64,000 bases of DNA, taken from contig OX597820.1 in NCBI GenBank assembly GCA_951406725.2, positions 11,966,001 to 12,030,000 on the forward strand. Direction: 5' to 3'. Positions 1-12,147 of the stretch are shown here, one piece after another. The first letter of the stretch is position 1; every line of letters begins with the position of its first letter. Under the pieces are notes generated by a model. The model was not told the origin of the DNA, ran no database searches, and worked only from the letters and a program-made list of their open reading frames with translations. The position numbers and the translations under genes were made by a program. This DNA is from Octopus vulgaris. Lineage: Eukaryota.

Positions 1-200
1 ATAGAGGGGACAAACAAGGACAGACAAAGGGATTAAGTCGATTATATCGACCCCAGTGCGTAACTGGCACTTAATTTATCGACCCCGAAAGGATGAAAGG
101 CAAAGTCGACGTCGGCGGAATTTGGACTCAGAACATAACGGCAGACGAAATACCGCAAAGCATGTCGCCCGGCGTGCTAACGATTCTGCCAGCTCACTGT
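1..200 (-). mobile_element. tRNA-derived SINE family A (tail cut by window edge)
   Basis: Reverse complement of the recurring consensus GGCGGCGAGCTGGCAGAA(A box)...GAGTTCAAATTCC(B box)GCCGAGGTCGACTTTGCCTTTCATCCTTTCGGGGTCGATAAA (Deu/Nin-domain-like core). Confidence 0.9.
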
Positions 201-337
201 CTTGACAACGGGGGTCATAATGATAAAAAGGACAGCACAAATAATGTATCTTTATTGTAAATACAAAAATGGGTAATTTGTTGAATTTAATTTAAATTTA
301 ATATTTATTTAATAAATATGCTTAATTTAATAATATC

Positions 338-877
338 CAGGCGTGGATGTGTGATAAGAAATTCGCTTTTTACTTACATGATTCCTAGTTCAATCTCACT
401 GCGTGGTACCTTGGGCAAGTATCACCTACTAAAGCCACGCGCTGACCTAAGCTTTCTGAGTGGATTTGGTTAATGGAATTTAAAAAAAAAACGCCATATT
501 TTTTTATCTGCAATACTGCATGAACCCACGTCGCGGCAGGAAGCACAGAGAAGAGCGACAACGTCCAGCTCGCTACTTCACCAGAAGCAATACAAAAATC
601 CCCGGATGCAGTAAAGGCGGTGCACCATCATGGCCTCAGCCTCTGGCTGAAACCCGTAAAAGATAAAAAAAAAATACAAATATATAAACACAGCTTGACA
701 ACCGGTATTGGTTTGTTTACGTCCTCACAATTTAACGGTTCGGCAAAAGACTCAGGTAAAATAAATGCGGGGGGCTTAAAAAAAGTACAAGTGTCGATTT
801 ATTTGACTAAAACCCTTTAAGGCGGTGCTCCAGCATGGCCGCCGTCCATTGACTGAAACTAGTGCTAGATAAAAGAC
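338..877 (+). mobile_element. SINE family B (CORE-like), diverged, split by a LINE 3' end
   Basis: Head GGCGTGGATGTGTGATAAG, core GGTACCTTGGGCAAGT, tail GGCGGTGCTCCAGCATGGCC...GACTGAAAC at 821-859. Confidence 0.75.
518..675 (+). mobile_element. CR1-like LINE extreme 3' end
   Basis: Translates HEPTSRQEAQRRATTSSSLLHQ, homologous to the ORF ends at 10567-10833 and 19978-20214; followed by the shared 3' hairpin and an A-rich tail. Confidence 0.7.
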
Positions 878-1034
878 TTTATTATTTTGTATAAGAACCA
901 CGGAATTTGAATAAGTCAAATTATAATTATCGTGCCAAATTACAATAACCTGATATTACTTGCAGAGGCAGCATTTTACTCCAGCGTCAGCCATCATGAT
1001 TGTTGTAATTGTCAGCTATGACTTACATAGTTTA

Positions 1035-2188
1035 CGAGATCTGATCACTAAGTATCCGGACTGTTGCTATAGTAACGAAGCTAAAGCACGCAGTGTAATG
1101 CCACTAGGCAGTGATTGACCTTGAACTCTGCTGTGCATGCGCACTAAGTTTTAGCGTTCTAGTTCACTTCCGTTGTTTACAGCAGTGCTTAGAAGGAAGG
1201 TGTGTAGCGTGTGATCGTCGCATTGACCATGACAGATAAAGCTGTCGTGGCGATACCTCCTCAGAGACTTACGCAAAGTTGCAGAAAATGTATAGAGAAA
1301 TTGTATGGAGAGCTGCACACAAGTGCACGATTGGTTCAGACGTTTCTAAGATGGCTGAAAAAATGTTGATATTGACGAACGTACTGGGAGACCTGCAACC
1401 AGCAGAACTGAGAAAAGCATCGCAGATGTGCGTGCAGCTGTGAGGGGAAATCATCGAATCATCAACCGTGAGTTTAAAGCGGTGAGCTGGCAGAATCGTT
1501 AGCACGCAGGCGAAATGCGCAGCCGTATTTCGTCTGTCGTTACGTTGTGAGTTCAAATTCCGCCGAGGTCGACTTTGCCTTTCATCCTCTCGGGGTCGAT
1601 AAAGTAAGTACCAGTTACGTACTGGGGTCGATGTAATCGACTTAATACCTATGTCTGTCCTTGTTTGTCCCCTCTATGTTTAGCCCCTTGAGGGTAATAA
1701 AGAAATAGGAATCATCACCCGTCAGCTATCAAAGGATGTGCAGATTAGTTAGAGTTCAGTTCAGTCCATTATCACTGAAGATTTGGGTATGAGACGCGAG
1801 TCTGCCAAGTTTGCGCCAAAACTGCTTTCAGCTGACCCAAAAGACACTCGGGTTTCAGATGCACAAAATGTCTTTGATTGTGTCGAGAACGATGAAGACA
1901 TTTTGAAAACTTTGCGTAGGCTCCTGAGCAGGTATCGCCAAACTTTTGGCAAAATTTGATACAGATTCTCTGCTCAACTTTCTCTGTCATGGTCAATGCT
2001 ACGATCACACACTACACACGTTCCTTCCAAACACTGCTGTAAACGGCGGAAGTGAGCTAGAACTTTAAAACTTAGTGCGCATGCACACACAACAGAGTTT
2101 ACGGTCAATCTGTGCCAAGCGGCTTCATTTTGCATGCTTTAGCTTCGTTACTATAGCAATAGTCCGGATACTTATTGATCAGACCTAG
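1035..2188 (+). mobile_element. Non-autonomous fold-back mariner (5' end duplicated in inverted orientation)
   Basis: TA flanks at 1033-1034 and 2189-2190. Ends CGAGATCTGATCACTAAGTATCCGGACT / AGTCCGGATACTTATTGATCAGACCTAG. + strand encodes a decayed N-terminus (QVHDWFRRF..DERTGRPATSRT..EDLGMRRESAKFAPKLL); - strand arm encodes MTEKVEQRICIKFCQKFG. Confidence 0.88.
1478..1708 (+). mobile_element. SINE A inserted in the mariner
   Basis: Full consensus match; diverged TSD GAATCATCAACCGTGAG / GAATCATCACCCGTCAG. Confidence 0.9.
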
Positions 2189-2299
2189 TATTTTGGTTTT
2201 ATTTTGTGCGTTCAAAAGTACGTTTATTATTATGTGGTTCATTTCGCGGAAAAAAAAAGAAGTTTTGCTGCTCATTCAACTCTAATCAAAGTTCTTTGG

Positions 2300-2472
2300 G
2301 GATAGTCATGGTGTTGCTATCTGTGTGGAATCTTTAGCTCAGAAATCAGACTGTTGAACGCGGTTGTTTGGACTCTGAGAACTTTGCATGGCTGACTGGA
2401 CATTCGAACTGTTTTGGCAACAGTACGTTTTGTCTAAAGAACGCATGCGCATACACACACACACAGACGTAT

Positions 2473-2530
<58 letters not shown>

Positions 2531-2629
2531 GTATGCACACGCAGAAATATTTATGTACAGATAGAGTGTGTGAGAGAGAAACAGAAAAAAAGACATTATA
2601 CATACTTACAAGCATAACTAGATGCTCAT

Positions 2630-2682
<53 letters not shown>

Positions 2683-2810
2683 GAGAGAGAGACTGTGCAT
2701 GAGACAGAACGTGAGAAATGTGAAAACAACTGATGTCAAATAAGTCAACGTTAAATCAGCGACTCTAAATAAGCGACGCCAAAACGCCTGCGCCAAGACG
2801 TCTCATACCC
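2300..2810 (-). mobile_element. Putative non-autonomous DNA transposon (Mutator-like termini) with (CA)n/(GA)n interior
   Basis: End GCCAAAACGCCTGCGCCAAGACGTCTCATACCC and the internal GACTGGACA..TTTTGGC block both match 54278-55455 in opposite orientation. Confidence 0.4.
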
Positions 2811-2970
2811 TTTTCAGCTTTGATAAATAACTAGAGTTTGATTGGTGGCTGTTAACATTAACGGCACTTAGAATTATTTTTTTTCAATATAAATATTTTC
2901 TTCACACAATATGTATGTTCATAACATGGAGATGCATTTAGTAGAGACATTGCCCCAGTTTTCTTGTACA

Positions 2971-3348
2971 TCTATATATATAAAAGTGAAGTTGTGTGAG
3001 TATCTGTCCTAACTACTCCCACATTTTGCGGTGCAGTTTAACCAAATTCGGGTATCTTATAGTCGTGATTCGTATCGAGCCCGTCTGGGTATTAGCGTGC
3101 GTCTACGATGAGTCTACGATTTAAAAAATAATTTACCTTAATTTTTTTCCATTTTAACGCATATTTTTTAAATAAAGGGAAGTAACTCTCTAAAAATGTC
3201 TACGATGAATCAACGATTTAAGAAAAATTTACCATAATTTTTTTTCCATTTTTAATGCATTTTTTGCTATTTTATGGCTATAACTCTCTAAAAATGCTTT
3301 ATAGTTATTTCCCTTACAAACCCGAGCAACGCCGGGCGATACTGCTAG
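2971..3348 (+). mobile_element. Non-autonomous Helitron
   Basis: 5' TC(TATATATATAAAAG), 3' hairpin CCCGAGCAACGCCGGG followed by CTAG, inserted between A and T with no TSD. Confidence 0.88.
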
Positions 3349-3769
3349 TTAATAATAATTTATGTTCTTAGCCGCGTGTCACACTCGTTTATGTTAATTG
3401 CAGTCTGCGACATTCATTTAGCTTTGTAGTAGCATTGACGTTCCAGAATGTTGATAACAGGGTGGTACCTTCATGGATGTTAAAAAGCATTTTAGAATAT
3501 TTTAATTACTGTGAGATATGAGAGACACCAAAATAATTATATTAAGACCCTCCAGTAATGAGGTTATAAGGTCTACATCGTGTCACTTCAATCTCTTTTA
3601 TTTCCTCGTTTTTTCTTTTCTTTTCATTTCTTTGTACAGAGCTATTATTATGCTTTTATGGTTTTAAAAAAAATTATTTGCTGCCATTATTATCAAAGTT
3701 GGTATTATCGATAAGAATTCTTTTAACAGTGGCATAATCAATAGGAGTGTTATTATCGATAGAAAACAA

Positions 3770-4545
3770 AGCAGTGAGCTGGCATAATCGTTAGCACGCC
3801 GGGCAAAATGCTTAGCGGTATTTCGTCTGCCGCTACGTTCTGAGTTCAAATTCCGCCGAGATCGACTTTGCCTTTCATTCTTTCGGGGTCGATTAAATAA
3901 ATACCAGTTACGCACTGGGGTCGATGTAATCGACTTAAACTGTTTGTCTGTCCTTGTTTGTCCCCTCTGTGTTTAGCCCCTTGTGGGTAGTAAAGAAATA
4001 GGTATTTCGTCTGTCTTTACGTTCTGAGTTCAAATTCCGCCGCGGTCGACTTTGCCTTTCATCCTTTAGGGGTTGATTAAATAAGTACTAGTTGCGCACT
4101 GGGGTCGATATAATCGACTTAATCCGTTTGTCTGTCCTTGTTTGTCCTCTCTGTGTTTAGCCCCTTGTGAGTAGTAAAGAAATAGAAATAGGTATTTCTG
4201 AGTTCAAATTCCGTCGTGGTCGACTTTGCCTTTCATTCGTTCTGGGTTGATAAAATACGTAACATTTTAGCACTGATGTCCATGTAATCGACTAATACCC
4301 ATCCTCGAAATGGCTGGCCCTGTGCCAAAATTTAAAACCTTAAGGTCGCGAGTTGGGACAATGGTTAGCACGCTGGGCGGCATTTTGTCCAGCTTTACGT
4401 TCAGAATTTAAAGAAGGCCGAGGTCGACTTTGTCTTTCATCATTTCTGGATCGATGAAATAAGTACCAGTCGCGCTCTGGGGTCGATATAATCGATTAGC
4501 TCCTTCCTGCAAATTTCAGGCCTTGTGCCTATAGTTGAAAGTATT
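3770..4545 (+). mobile_element. SINE A cluster (dimer plus two diverged variants)
   Basis: Head at ~3770, second unit from ~4000, variant units with a CCTTGTGCC tail at ~4192-4340 and ~4343-4545. Confidence 0.85.
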
Positions 4546-4581
4546 ATTGCTGTTGTCTTCTGATCCAATATATATATATAT

Positions 4582-5648
4582 TTCTTTATTGCCCACAGGG
4601 GGCTAAACATAGAGGGAAAAAAAGGACAGACAAACGGATTAAGTCGATTATATCGACCCCAGTGCGTAACTGGTACTTATTTAATCGACCCCGAAAGGAT
4701 GAAAGGCAAAGTCGACCTCGGCAGAATTTGAACTCAGAACATAGCGGCAGACGAAATACCGCAAAGCATTTCGCCCGGAGTGCTAATGTATCTGCCAGCT
4801 CGCCGCCTTCTTTGATCCCATATATTAAATAGATAAGGGCCTTGTGCCTAGAGTAGAAAAGACTATATTAATTAGACAAAGGTAAAGCAAGGATAAAGCT
4901 AAAGATCCTTTTCTACTCTAGGCACAAAGCCCGAAATTTTTGGGTGGGGTCCAATCGATTAGGTCAACACCAGTATGCAACTGGTACTTAATTTATCGAA
5001 CCCAAAAGGATGAAAGCCAACGTCGACCTCGGCGGAATTTGAACTCAGAAAGATGAAATATTGCTAAGCATTTCTGCCAGCTCGTCGCCTTTACACTGAT
5101 TGAAATGATTATTTCAAATTTTGGCACAAGGCCAGCGATTTTTGTGCAAGAGATGAGTCGATTACATCGACCCCAGTGTTCAACTGGTACTTAATCTATC
5201 GGCCTCTAAAGGATGAAAGGCAAATTCGACCTCCGCGGAATTTGAACTTGGAACGTAAAGACGGACGAAAGCATTTTCCCGGCGCGCTAACGACTCTGCC
5301 AGCTCGCCGTCTTTACACTGTTTAAATAATCCTTTCTACTATCGACCCCGAAAGGGTGAAAGGCAAAGGCGACCTCGGCTGAATTTGAACTCAGAACATA
5401 GTGACGGGCGAAATACCTATTTCTTTATTACCCACAAGGAGCTAAACACAGAGGGGACAAACAAGGAAAGACATAGGTATTAAGTCGATTACATCGACCC
5501 CAGTGCGTAACTGGTACTTAATTTATCGACCCTGAAAGGATGAAAGGCAAAGTCGACCTCGGCGGAATTTGAACTCACAACGTAACGCAGACTAAATACC
5601 GCTAAGCATTTCGCCCGGCGTACTAACGTTTCTGCCACCTCGCTGCCT
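4582..5648 (-). mobile_element. SINE A cluster (about five units)
   Basis: Repeated GATGAAAGGCAAAGTCGACCTCGGCGGAATTTGAACTC blocks; heads end near 4808, 5090, 5310 and 5648. Confidence 0.85.
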
Positions 5649-6198
5649 TTACACTGTTTAAAATGACGATGGTATTGTGTTAGCTTTCACACTCTGATCG
5701 TAACACTTCTCGAATCAGGGCTGACAACAGGATCTGCTTCTAAAATTTATATTCAATTCGTTGTTCACATCTGCAGCAACGAAAGAGTCTACTGTAAAGC
5801 TATTGGCGTTAATAGCGCCACAGACACTGCCAAAGGATGAGATTACGTCCATGAAACACTAGCCACAAAAGAACTAAATGAAATGAAATGCCCTTTCAGT
5901 GTGACGGCATCGAACTGGTGGAGTAGTTACGGCTTCAGTATGTTCGCATTAAGACTGACGGGTTTGACAGCCGAAATGAAGTGGTTTGAATAACTTCTTC
6001 AATTGCTGTGAATTTCGAAAGTGTCTGAGAATAGCCACTTCTCTGTTGATTTTGCAGACATCAACCGACTCTAGACGCCAGTCTAGTCTCATTAGAATCT
6101 TGCCGAAAGACAAATGCTGGAATCTTCTTCTTCCTCTCCTCTCCTCTCCTCTCCTCTCCGCACTTCCACTCATCCACTCATATATTCAAATTGGTGTA

Positions 6199-6386
6199 TG
6201 TGTATGTGTGTGTGTGTGTTGTGTGTGTGTGTGTGTGTGTGTTGTGTGTGTTGTGCGTATGCGTGTATGAGCGCGTATATGCATATACTATCACCGTGAT
6301 TACCATTTTCACTAAGACTACCACCACATCCACCCCCACCACCACATTTCCCCAGCACTACTACTACAACAGCTACAACAACAACA

Positions 6387-6443
<57 letters not shown>

Positions 6444-6600
6444 GCTGCTGCTGCTACTGCTGCTGCTGCTGCTGCTTCTGCTTCTGTTGCTGCCATCACC
6501 ACTACTACCCCACCCTCATTAACTCAACCACAACCACTACCACCACATCTGAAACTACTACTACTACTACTCCTACTACTACTACCATCACCACCACCAT

Positions 6601-6636
<36 letters not shown>

Positions 6637-6643
6637 AACAACA

Positions 6644-6674
<31 letters not shown>

Positions 6675-6834
6675 TCTGCTGCTGCCATCACCACTACCGC
6701 CCAACCCCATTACCTCAACCATAACCACTACCACTACCTCTACCACCTGTACTACTACTACCACCATCTCTGCCACCACCACTACTACTACTAATACTAC
6801 TACTACTGCTACTACTACCATCACTACCACCACC

Positions 6835-6887
<53 letters not shown>

Positions 6888-6897
6888 CACCACCACC

Positions 6898-6963
<66 letters not shown>

Positions 6964-7100
6964 ACTACTAATACTACTACTACTATTGCTACTACTGCCA
7001 TCACCACTACTACCCCACCCGCATTAACTCAACCACAACCACTACCACCACCTCTACCACTAATACGCGCACACACAAACACACACACACACACACATAT
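6199..7100. repeat. Compound microsatellite (TG)n, (CTA/CTG/CCA)n, (CA)n with a triplicated ~60-bp spacer
   Basis: Direct reading; the block CTGCCATCACCACTAC..CATTA(A/C)CTCAACCA(C/T)AACCACTACCAC recurs near 6490, 6682 and 6995. Confidence 0.95.
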
Positions 7101-7423
7101 GTAAAAGTGCATATTATTTAAATCACTTTTTATAGCTTTCTCTACCGATTTTCTATAGAAATTAGAACTAACACCGGTATCTAGAGATAACTTTAAAAAG
7201 TGGTTGAATTGCACTGCTAACACAGGCAGGGTACTGTGTTGACTTATAAGCCTTTATTATACTTGGTAGTATTCTAATGTTGTTTAATGAGATACGGTGT
7301 CATTACCAATAATTAATATTAATTTAAAAAAACGTTCGCCGATAATCAAGAAACGTGACTTGCATCCTTTCAGCGGGTTACTATATTCCTCTCTAAAGAT
7401 TTCTTCATTATATATTCCACTCA

Positions 7424-7582
7424 AGAGTGGCTGTGTGGTAAGTAGCTTGCTTACCAACCATACGGTTTCGCGTTCAGTCCCACTGTGTGGCACCTTGAGC
7501 AAGTGTCTTCTACTATAGCCTCGGTTCAACCAAAGTTTAGTGGGTGGATTTGGTAGACGGAAGCTGAAAGAAGCCCGTCGTA
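7424..7582 (+). mobile_element. SINE B, 5' half
   Basis: GAGTGGCTGTGTGGTAAGTAGCTTGC...GGCACCTTGAGCAAGTGTCTTCTACTATAGCC...GAAAGAAGCCCGTCG. Confidence 0.88.
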
Positions 7583-7713
7583 TGTGTATGTATATATATA
7601 TATATGTGTGTATATTAGAAGAAATGAGGTAATCAGAAGATCGGATGGTTTGTATTTACAGATATTTATTTATTTATATATTACATTTTTTACATATATA
7701 TCATATCACTTAG

Positions 7714-7756
7714 TTCATTAGCGCTTTCTCCCATTCTAGTGGAGTTTTCAAATGAA
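7714..7756 (-). ncRNA. Degenerate hammerhead-like motif
   Basis: RC reads TCAT-TTGAAAA-CTCC..GGA-GAAA-GCGC-TA-ATGA: stem I TCAT/ATGA, palindromic stem III AGCGCT; the CUGANGA core carries two substitutions. Confidence 0.4.
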
Positions 7757-7842
7757 AATAAGATTATAGATGAGTATGTATGTATATATATATATATACT
7801 GTCTTTCTTATCTTTCTATGCAGTAAGATTTTTATATTATAT

Positions 7843-8812
7843 CAGATTGTAGATGAGTATACTTGGTATCTAATTCTAGATGAGTATACTTGGTATCAGA
7901 TTATAGAAGAGTATAGTTGGTATGAGTTGTAGATGAGTATACTTGGTATCAGAATGTAGATGAATATACATGGTATCAAATTATTGATGAGGATACGTGG
8001 TATCTAATTCTAGATGAGCATACTTGGTATCAGATTGTAGATGAGTATGCTTGGTATCAGATCATAGATGAGTATAGTTGGTATCAGATTATAGATGAGT
8101 ATAGTTGGTATGAGATTGTAGATGAGTATACTTGGTATCAGAATGTAGATGAGTATACATGGTATCAAATTATAGATGAGTATACTTGGTATCTAATTCT
8201 AGATGAGTATACTTGGTATCAGATTATAGATGAGTATAGTTGGTATCAGAATGTAGATGAGTATACATGGTATCAGAATGTAGATGAGTATACATGGTAT
8301 CAAATTATTGATGAGTATACGTGGTATCTAATTCTAGATGAGTATACTTGGTATCAGAATGTAGATGAGTATAGTTGGTATCAAATTATTGATGAGTATA
8401 CTTGGTATCTAATTCTAGATGAGTATACTTGGTATCATGTTGTAGATGAGTATACTTGGTATCAGATTATAGATGAGTATAGTTGGTATGAGATTGTAGA
8501 TGAGTATACTTGGTATCAGAATGTAGATGAGTATACACGGTATCAGAATGTAGATGAGTATACATGGTATCAAATTATTGATGAGTATACGTGGTATCTA
8601 ATTCTAGATGAGTATACTTGGTATCATGTTGTAGATGAGTATACTTGGTATCAGATTGTAGATGAGTATACTTGGTATCAGATTGTAGATGAGTATACTT
8701 GGTATCAGAATGTAGATGAGTATACATGGTATCAAATTATTGATGAGTATACTTGGTATCTAATTCCAGATGAGTATACTTGGTATCAAATTGTAGATGA
8801 GTATTCTTGGTT
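7843..8812 (+). repeat. 27-bp minisatellite, ~36 units, with higher-order structure
   Basis: Consensus GATGAGTATACTTGGTATCAGATTGTA; units counted from 7852 to 8796, with one 26-bp unit at 7906. Confidence 0.97.
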
Positions 8813-8859
8813 TTCATACTTCAAAATTTCAGTTCTGTCTAATAAATAAATTGCCATAA

Positions 8860-9240
8860 TATACTTCTTGGAAGAAACCCTACACAGTACGTGGTCTTAT
8901 TTCAACTAGGGTAGGAAATGATGAATAATGCATGGCTTTTTCGATGTACGGTAGTTGTGGCTTCTGCAATATCCCGAAAATACGTGCTCTATATTTATCA
9001 TGCATCCTTAACGATATGCCATGATCATTATGTAGCAATATATTTTTGAAGCTACCATCGCCTAACTTTTAGTTGTGTGTTTTCTTCAGGTCCATTGGTA
9101 GGTAAAGTTCGTTACTTAGTAATTTACATCATCTTAATTCTACCTGAAGCAATTTACATCTGTTATATGGTAGAGTTACTTTAGCATCCGGCAGTCGCTC
9201 TTTTCTCGTTTACCAATTTCATCCGGGTATCTGACAATAG
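8860..9240 (-). pseudogene. Possible decayed Penelope-like GIY-YIG endonuclease region
   Basis: Frameshifted fragments SKN..GC.DKY..G.LQK.TTVHRK resemble the PLE GIY-YIG pattern; same strand as the hammerhead-like motif at 7714. Weak. Confidence 0.3.
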
Positions 9241-9479
9241 TCTAATTTAATATGCATTTCTTCAATTTCTGAGGGGACATTGAATGCCTCAGAAATTGCC
9301 TCAACGGCACATTGTTTTTCTGATTATACTTACCCACCGCCCATCCTGACCCCTAGTCCAGCATTTAACCGTGACTCTTTTGTCTTCAGACCATGTCATT
9401 AGTAGTGCATTATCTACTATACTCTTCCCTAAATAAGATGATGGAGAGTGGTTTGAAGGCGATTCCTTAAGATCAAACT

Positions 9480-9800
9480 TCTCACAGAATACAATAGAAA
9501 ATATGGGGTGAATTTATATGATGTAACTTAAGGAAGAGAAAAGTTCTAAACTTCCAGATGGAGCCGTCATCAGAGAGAGACAGACACACAGAGACAGTAT
9601 ATTTTCTTGTAAGACTGAATGTATATATATTAAGGGCACAGAGTTAGAGGGGTAACAAGAAATAGTGTAGAATATCTGGAAGGAAAAACAGAAAAGAATT
9701 TAGAACACGTCGATGAAGGGTCACAAGAGTTGGTTGAGAGCCAGTGATCAAAATGAAAGCATAATCAACAGGAACGCTGGTACATTTGATAAACAAGGAG
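9480..9800 (-). mobile_element. Possible Penelope-like 3' end with a degenerate hammerhead (9545-9576)
   Basis: ORF end LVTLHRRVLN resembles the PLE C-terminal LGTLxPxGLN; downstream CTCT-CTGATGA-CGGCTCCATCTG-GAAGTTTAGA. Confidence 0.3.
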
Positions 9801-9812
9801 TAGAAAATTTGG

Positions 9813-9875
9813 AAATCAATGAAGTTAAATTTGAAAATCAATGAAGTTAAATTTGAAAATCAATGAAGTTAAATT
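9813..9875. repeat. 22-bp tandem repeat x3
   Basis: AAATCAATGAAGTTAAATTTGA. Confidence 0.9.
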
Positions 9876-10471
9876 CGATAGAAAAATAAAGATACTTATT
9901 CCAAGCATTCTTAATTTACTCTGACGTTGATATTTTGCTGTAGTTACAAACCACGAGTTTTGGTTTTTTCTATGTTTGTGTGTCATATCTAAGTTACTGT
10001 TGCTTAACAAATGATCGGCTCTGTTCCAACTGAGAAATGATCAACGGTCGAGTTTTAACGGTCGTCCATCCATCTTCTCTGCCCACTGTTTCTGAGAGGA
10101 TAGCGAGGTGTTGTGCCCTCTGGAACTTACTTCAAATCCCAACAATCAACTATGCCTTTCATTCATAGTGTCAATAGAATAAAGTAACAGTTGTGTAGCC
10201 CAGTATCGACAAACCATTTTCCTTGAACGTGTGGCTTTGTGCCTGTGTTAAAATGTTTATAGAAACGTTATGTCATAGATACAGTGACGTAATAATTCGC
10301 GTTACGTAATAAAACAAACCAATATGGCGTATAATTTTTTTCAGCAGTTCATATATTGAAGCTATAAATATTTGTAATGATATACATACATCAACGATAT
10401 ACAAACATAAATGTTCTTTTGAAGATGCAATGAGGTGTGATCTGATATGTATATATGCCCAACATGGATAT

Positions 10472-10870
10472 GTTTTTTATGTTTATGTTTTATGTTTTCC
10501 AGTTTCAGCTCTTGAGCTGTGGCCATGCTGGGGCACCGCCATTTGGTGTTGCTACATGATTTTACCTCACGAATGCTTTTTAGCAACTGCCATTTGGTGC
10601 ATGAGAGAGTTTGATGTAGCTGCCCTCATCTGCACCTCCTGCCGTGAAGTTGGTTCATCCTGGACACCTGACAGGAAGAGATCCAGTCTTACTTTAAAGA
10701 CATCCGCATCCACACCATGCAGGTCCCTCAGGTTCTTCGGGAAGATATTGAAGAGCTGTGGGCTTCTGAAGTCCAGGCTATCACAGTATCTTGTCCTACA
10801 TCTTGATGGCAAATTTGGAGTCCTTGGCACCACGCAGTGGCGCCCAGTTCTGGCATTTGTGTATACGTTG
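10472..10870 (-). mobile_element. 5'-truncated CR1-like LINE (ORF2 C-terminus, 3' UTR, simple-repeat tail)
   Basis: ORF 10567-10833 ..RSPQLFNIFPKNLRDLHGVDADVFKVRLDLFL..DEP fits the CR1-clade C-terminal pattern (WN/FNxLP..FKxxLD); tail (AAACAT)n. Confidence 0.8.
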
Positions 10871-11407
10871 TCTGAATATGGGTATACTGGTCGTTTCTGT
10901 TGGTATTTGTATTTGTTCCGTCTATATGTTATCGCTCTTGTGGTTTTATGTGTTGGAGGGGGCTGTTTCTATGCTCGGTGTATGTTGAGTATGAGTGTCA
11001 ATGTGTCTGTGTGTCTATGCGTTACGCATGTGTTACAAAGAAGTGTGCTGTGCATTCGTAAATATGTTAAACATACATTTTCCTAACGTACATGTGTCAT
11101 TGTCTCTAATGATGGACTTGCGAAAAGTTTTATACTCTGCATGTTCATTCGTCGTGTATGTGAGCAATCGTGTGGATATGTATACAACCCTGATTAACCA
11201 GGTTTGTGTCCAAAAGCGATCCAGTTGTTATCATGTCATTGTTCTGCAATGTATAGGAGACATAGGAACCTAACATATATTATCAAATATATTCTTCTTT
11301 AAGATGGTGGGATATGATCAGAGGATAACTGCGCTGGAATTTCTTGCAAAGCAATTAGCCGCGTACAGGATCTCTCATTGGCCAGCGCGTGTATTCATTA
11401 GAAATAA

Positions 11408-11604
11408 ATATGTATATATATACATCTATATATATGTGTGTGTGTGTATATGCATATCTGTATATATACATGTACAGATATATGTATATATATTTCTATA
11501 TATGTACACATATGTATGTATATATACATGTATATGAATGTATATGTATATCTATGTATGTGTATGTATATATATACTTATATGTATATATATATATGTG
11601 TATG

Positions 11605-11669
<65 letters not shown>
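11408..11669. repeat. (TA)n/(TG)n compound microsatellite
   Basis: Direct reading. Confidence 0.9.
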
Positions 11670-11670
<1 letters not shown>

Positions 11671-11894
11671 GGCGAGCTGGCAGAAACGTTAGCGCGCCGG
11701 GCGAAATGCTTAGCGGTATTTCGTCTGTCGCTACGTTCTGAGTTCAAATTCCGCCGAGGTTGACTTTGCCTTTCATCCTTTCGAGGTCGATAGATAAAGT
11801 ACCAGTTTCGCACTGGGGTCGATGTAATCGACTTAATCCCTTTGTCTGTCCTTGTTTATCCTCTCTATGTTTAGCCCTTGTGGGTAGTAAAGAA

Positions 11895-11896
<2 letters not shown>
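11670..11896 (+). mobile_element. SINE A
   Basis: Full consensus match, flanked by TA/TG repeats. Confidence 0.92.
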
Positions 11897-11941
<45 letters not shown>

Positions 11942-12147
11942 CTAGAATCAGTAGGGTATATAATACGACTTGTTAAAATCTTAACCAAGGCTCCAAAATT
12001 ACCATAAACTCACAATAAAGATACACACGAACTAACGTACTGAATGCTCTAGAAGCAGAGGTTAAAATGTTATTTTCAGTTGATGATCCCAGAGTAGGTT
12101 GTTCACATCACAGTGTGAAATCAACTGGTATTGAAATATTGAATAAA

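Noticed and set aside
6170-7007. Poly-Thr/Tyr/Cys/Val ORFs
   Set aside because: Pure trinucleotide microsatellite translations.
7843-8812. CRISPR-like array (constant 20 bp plus variable 7 bp)
   Set aside because: Variable parts are only ~7 bp and recur, there are no cas genes, and the context is eukaryotic.
10430-11086. 218-aa + strand ORF
   Set aside because: Antisense read-through of a CR1-like 3' end into flanking low-complexity DNA.
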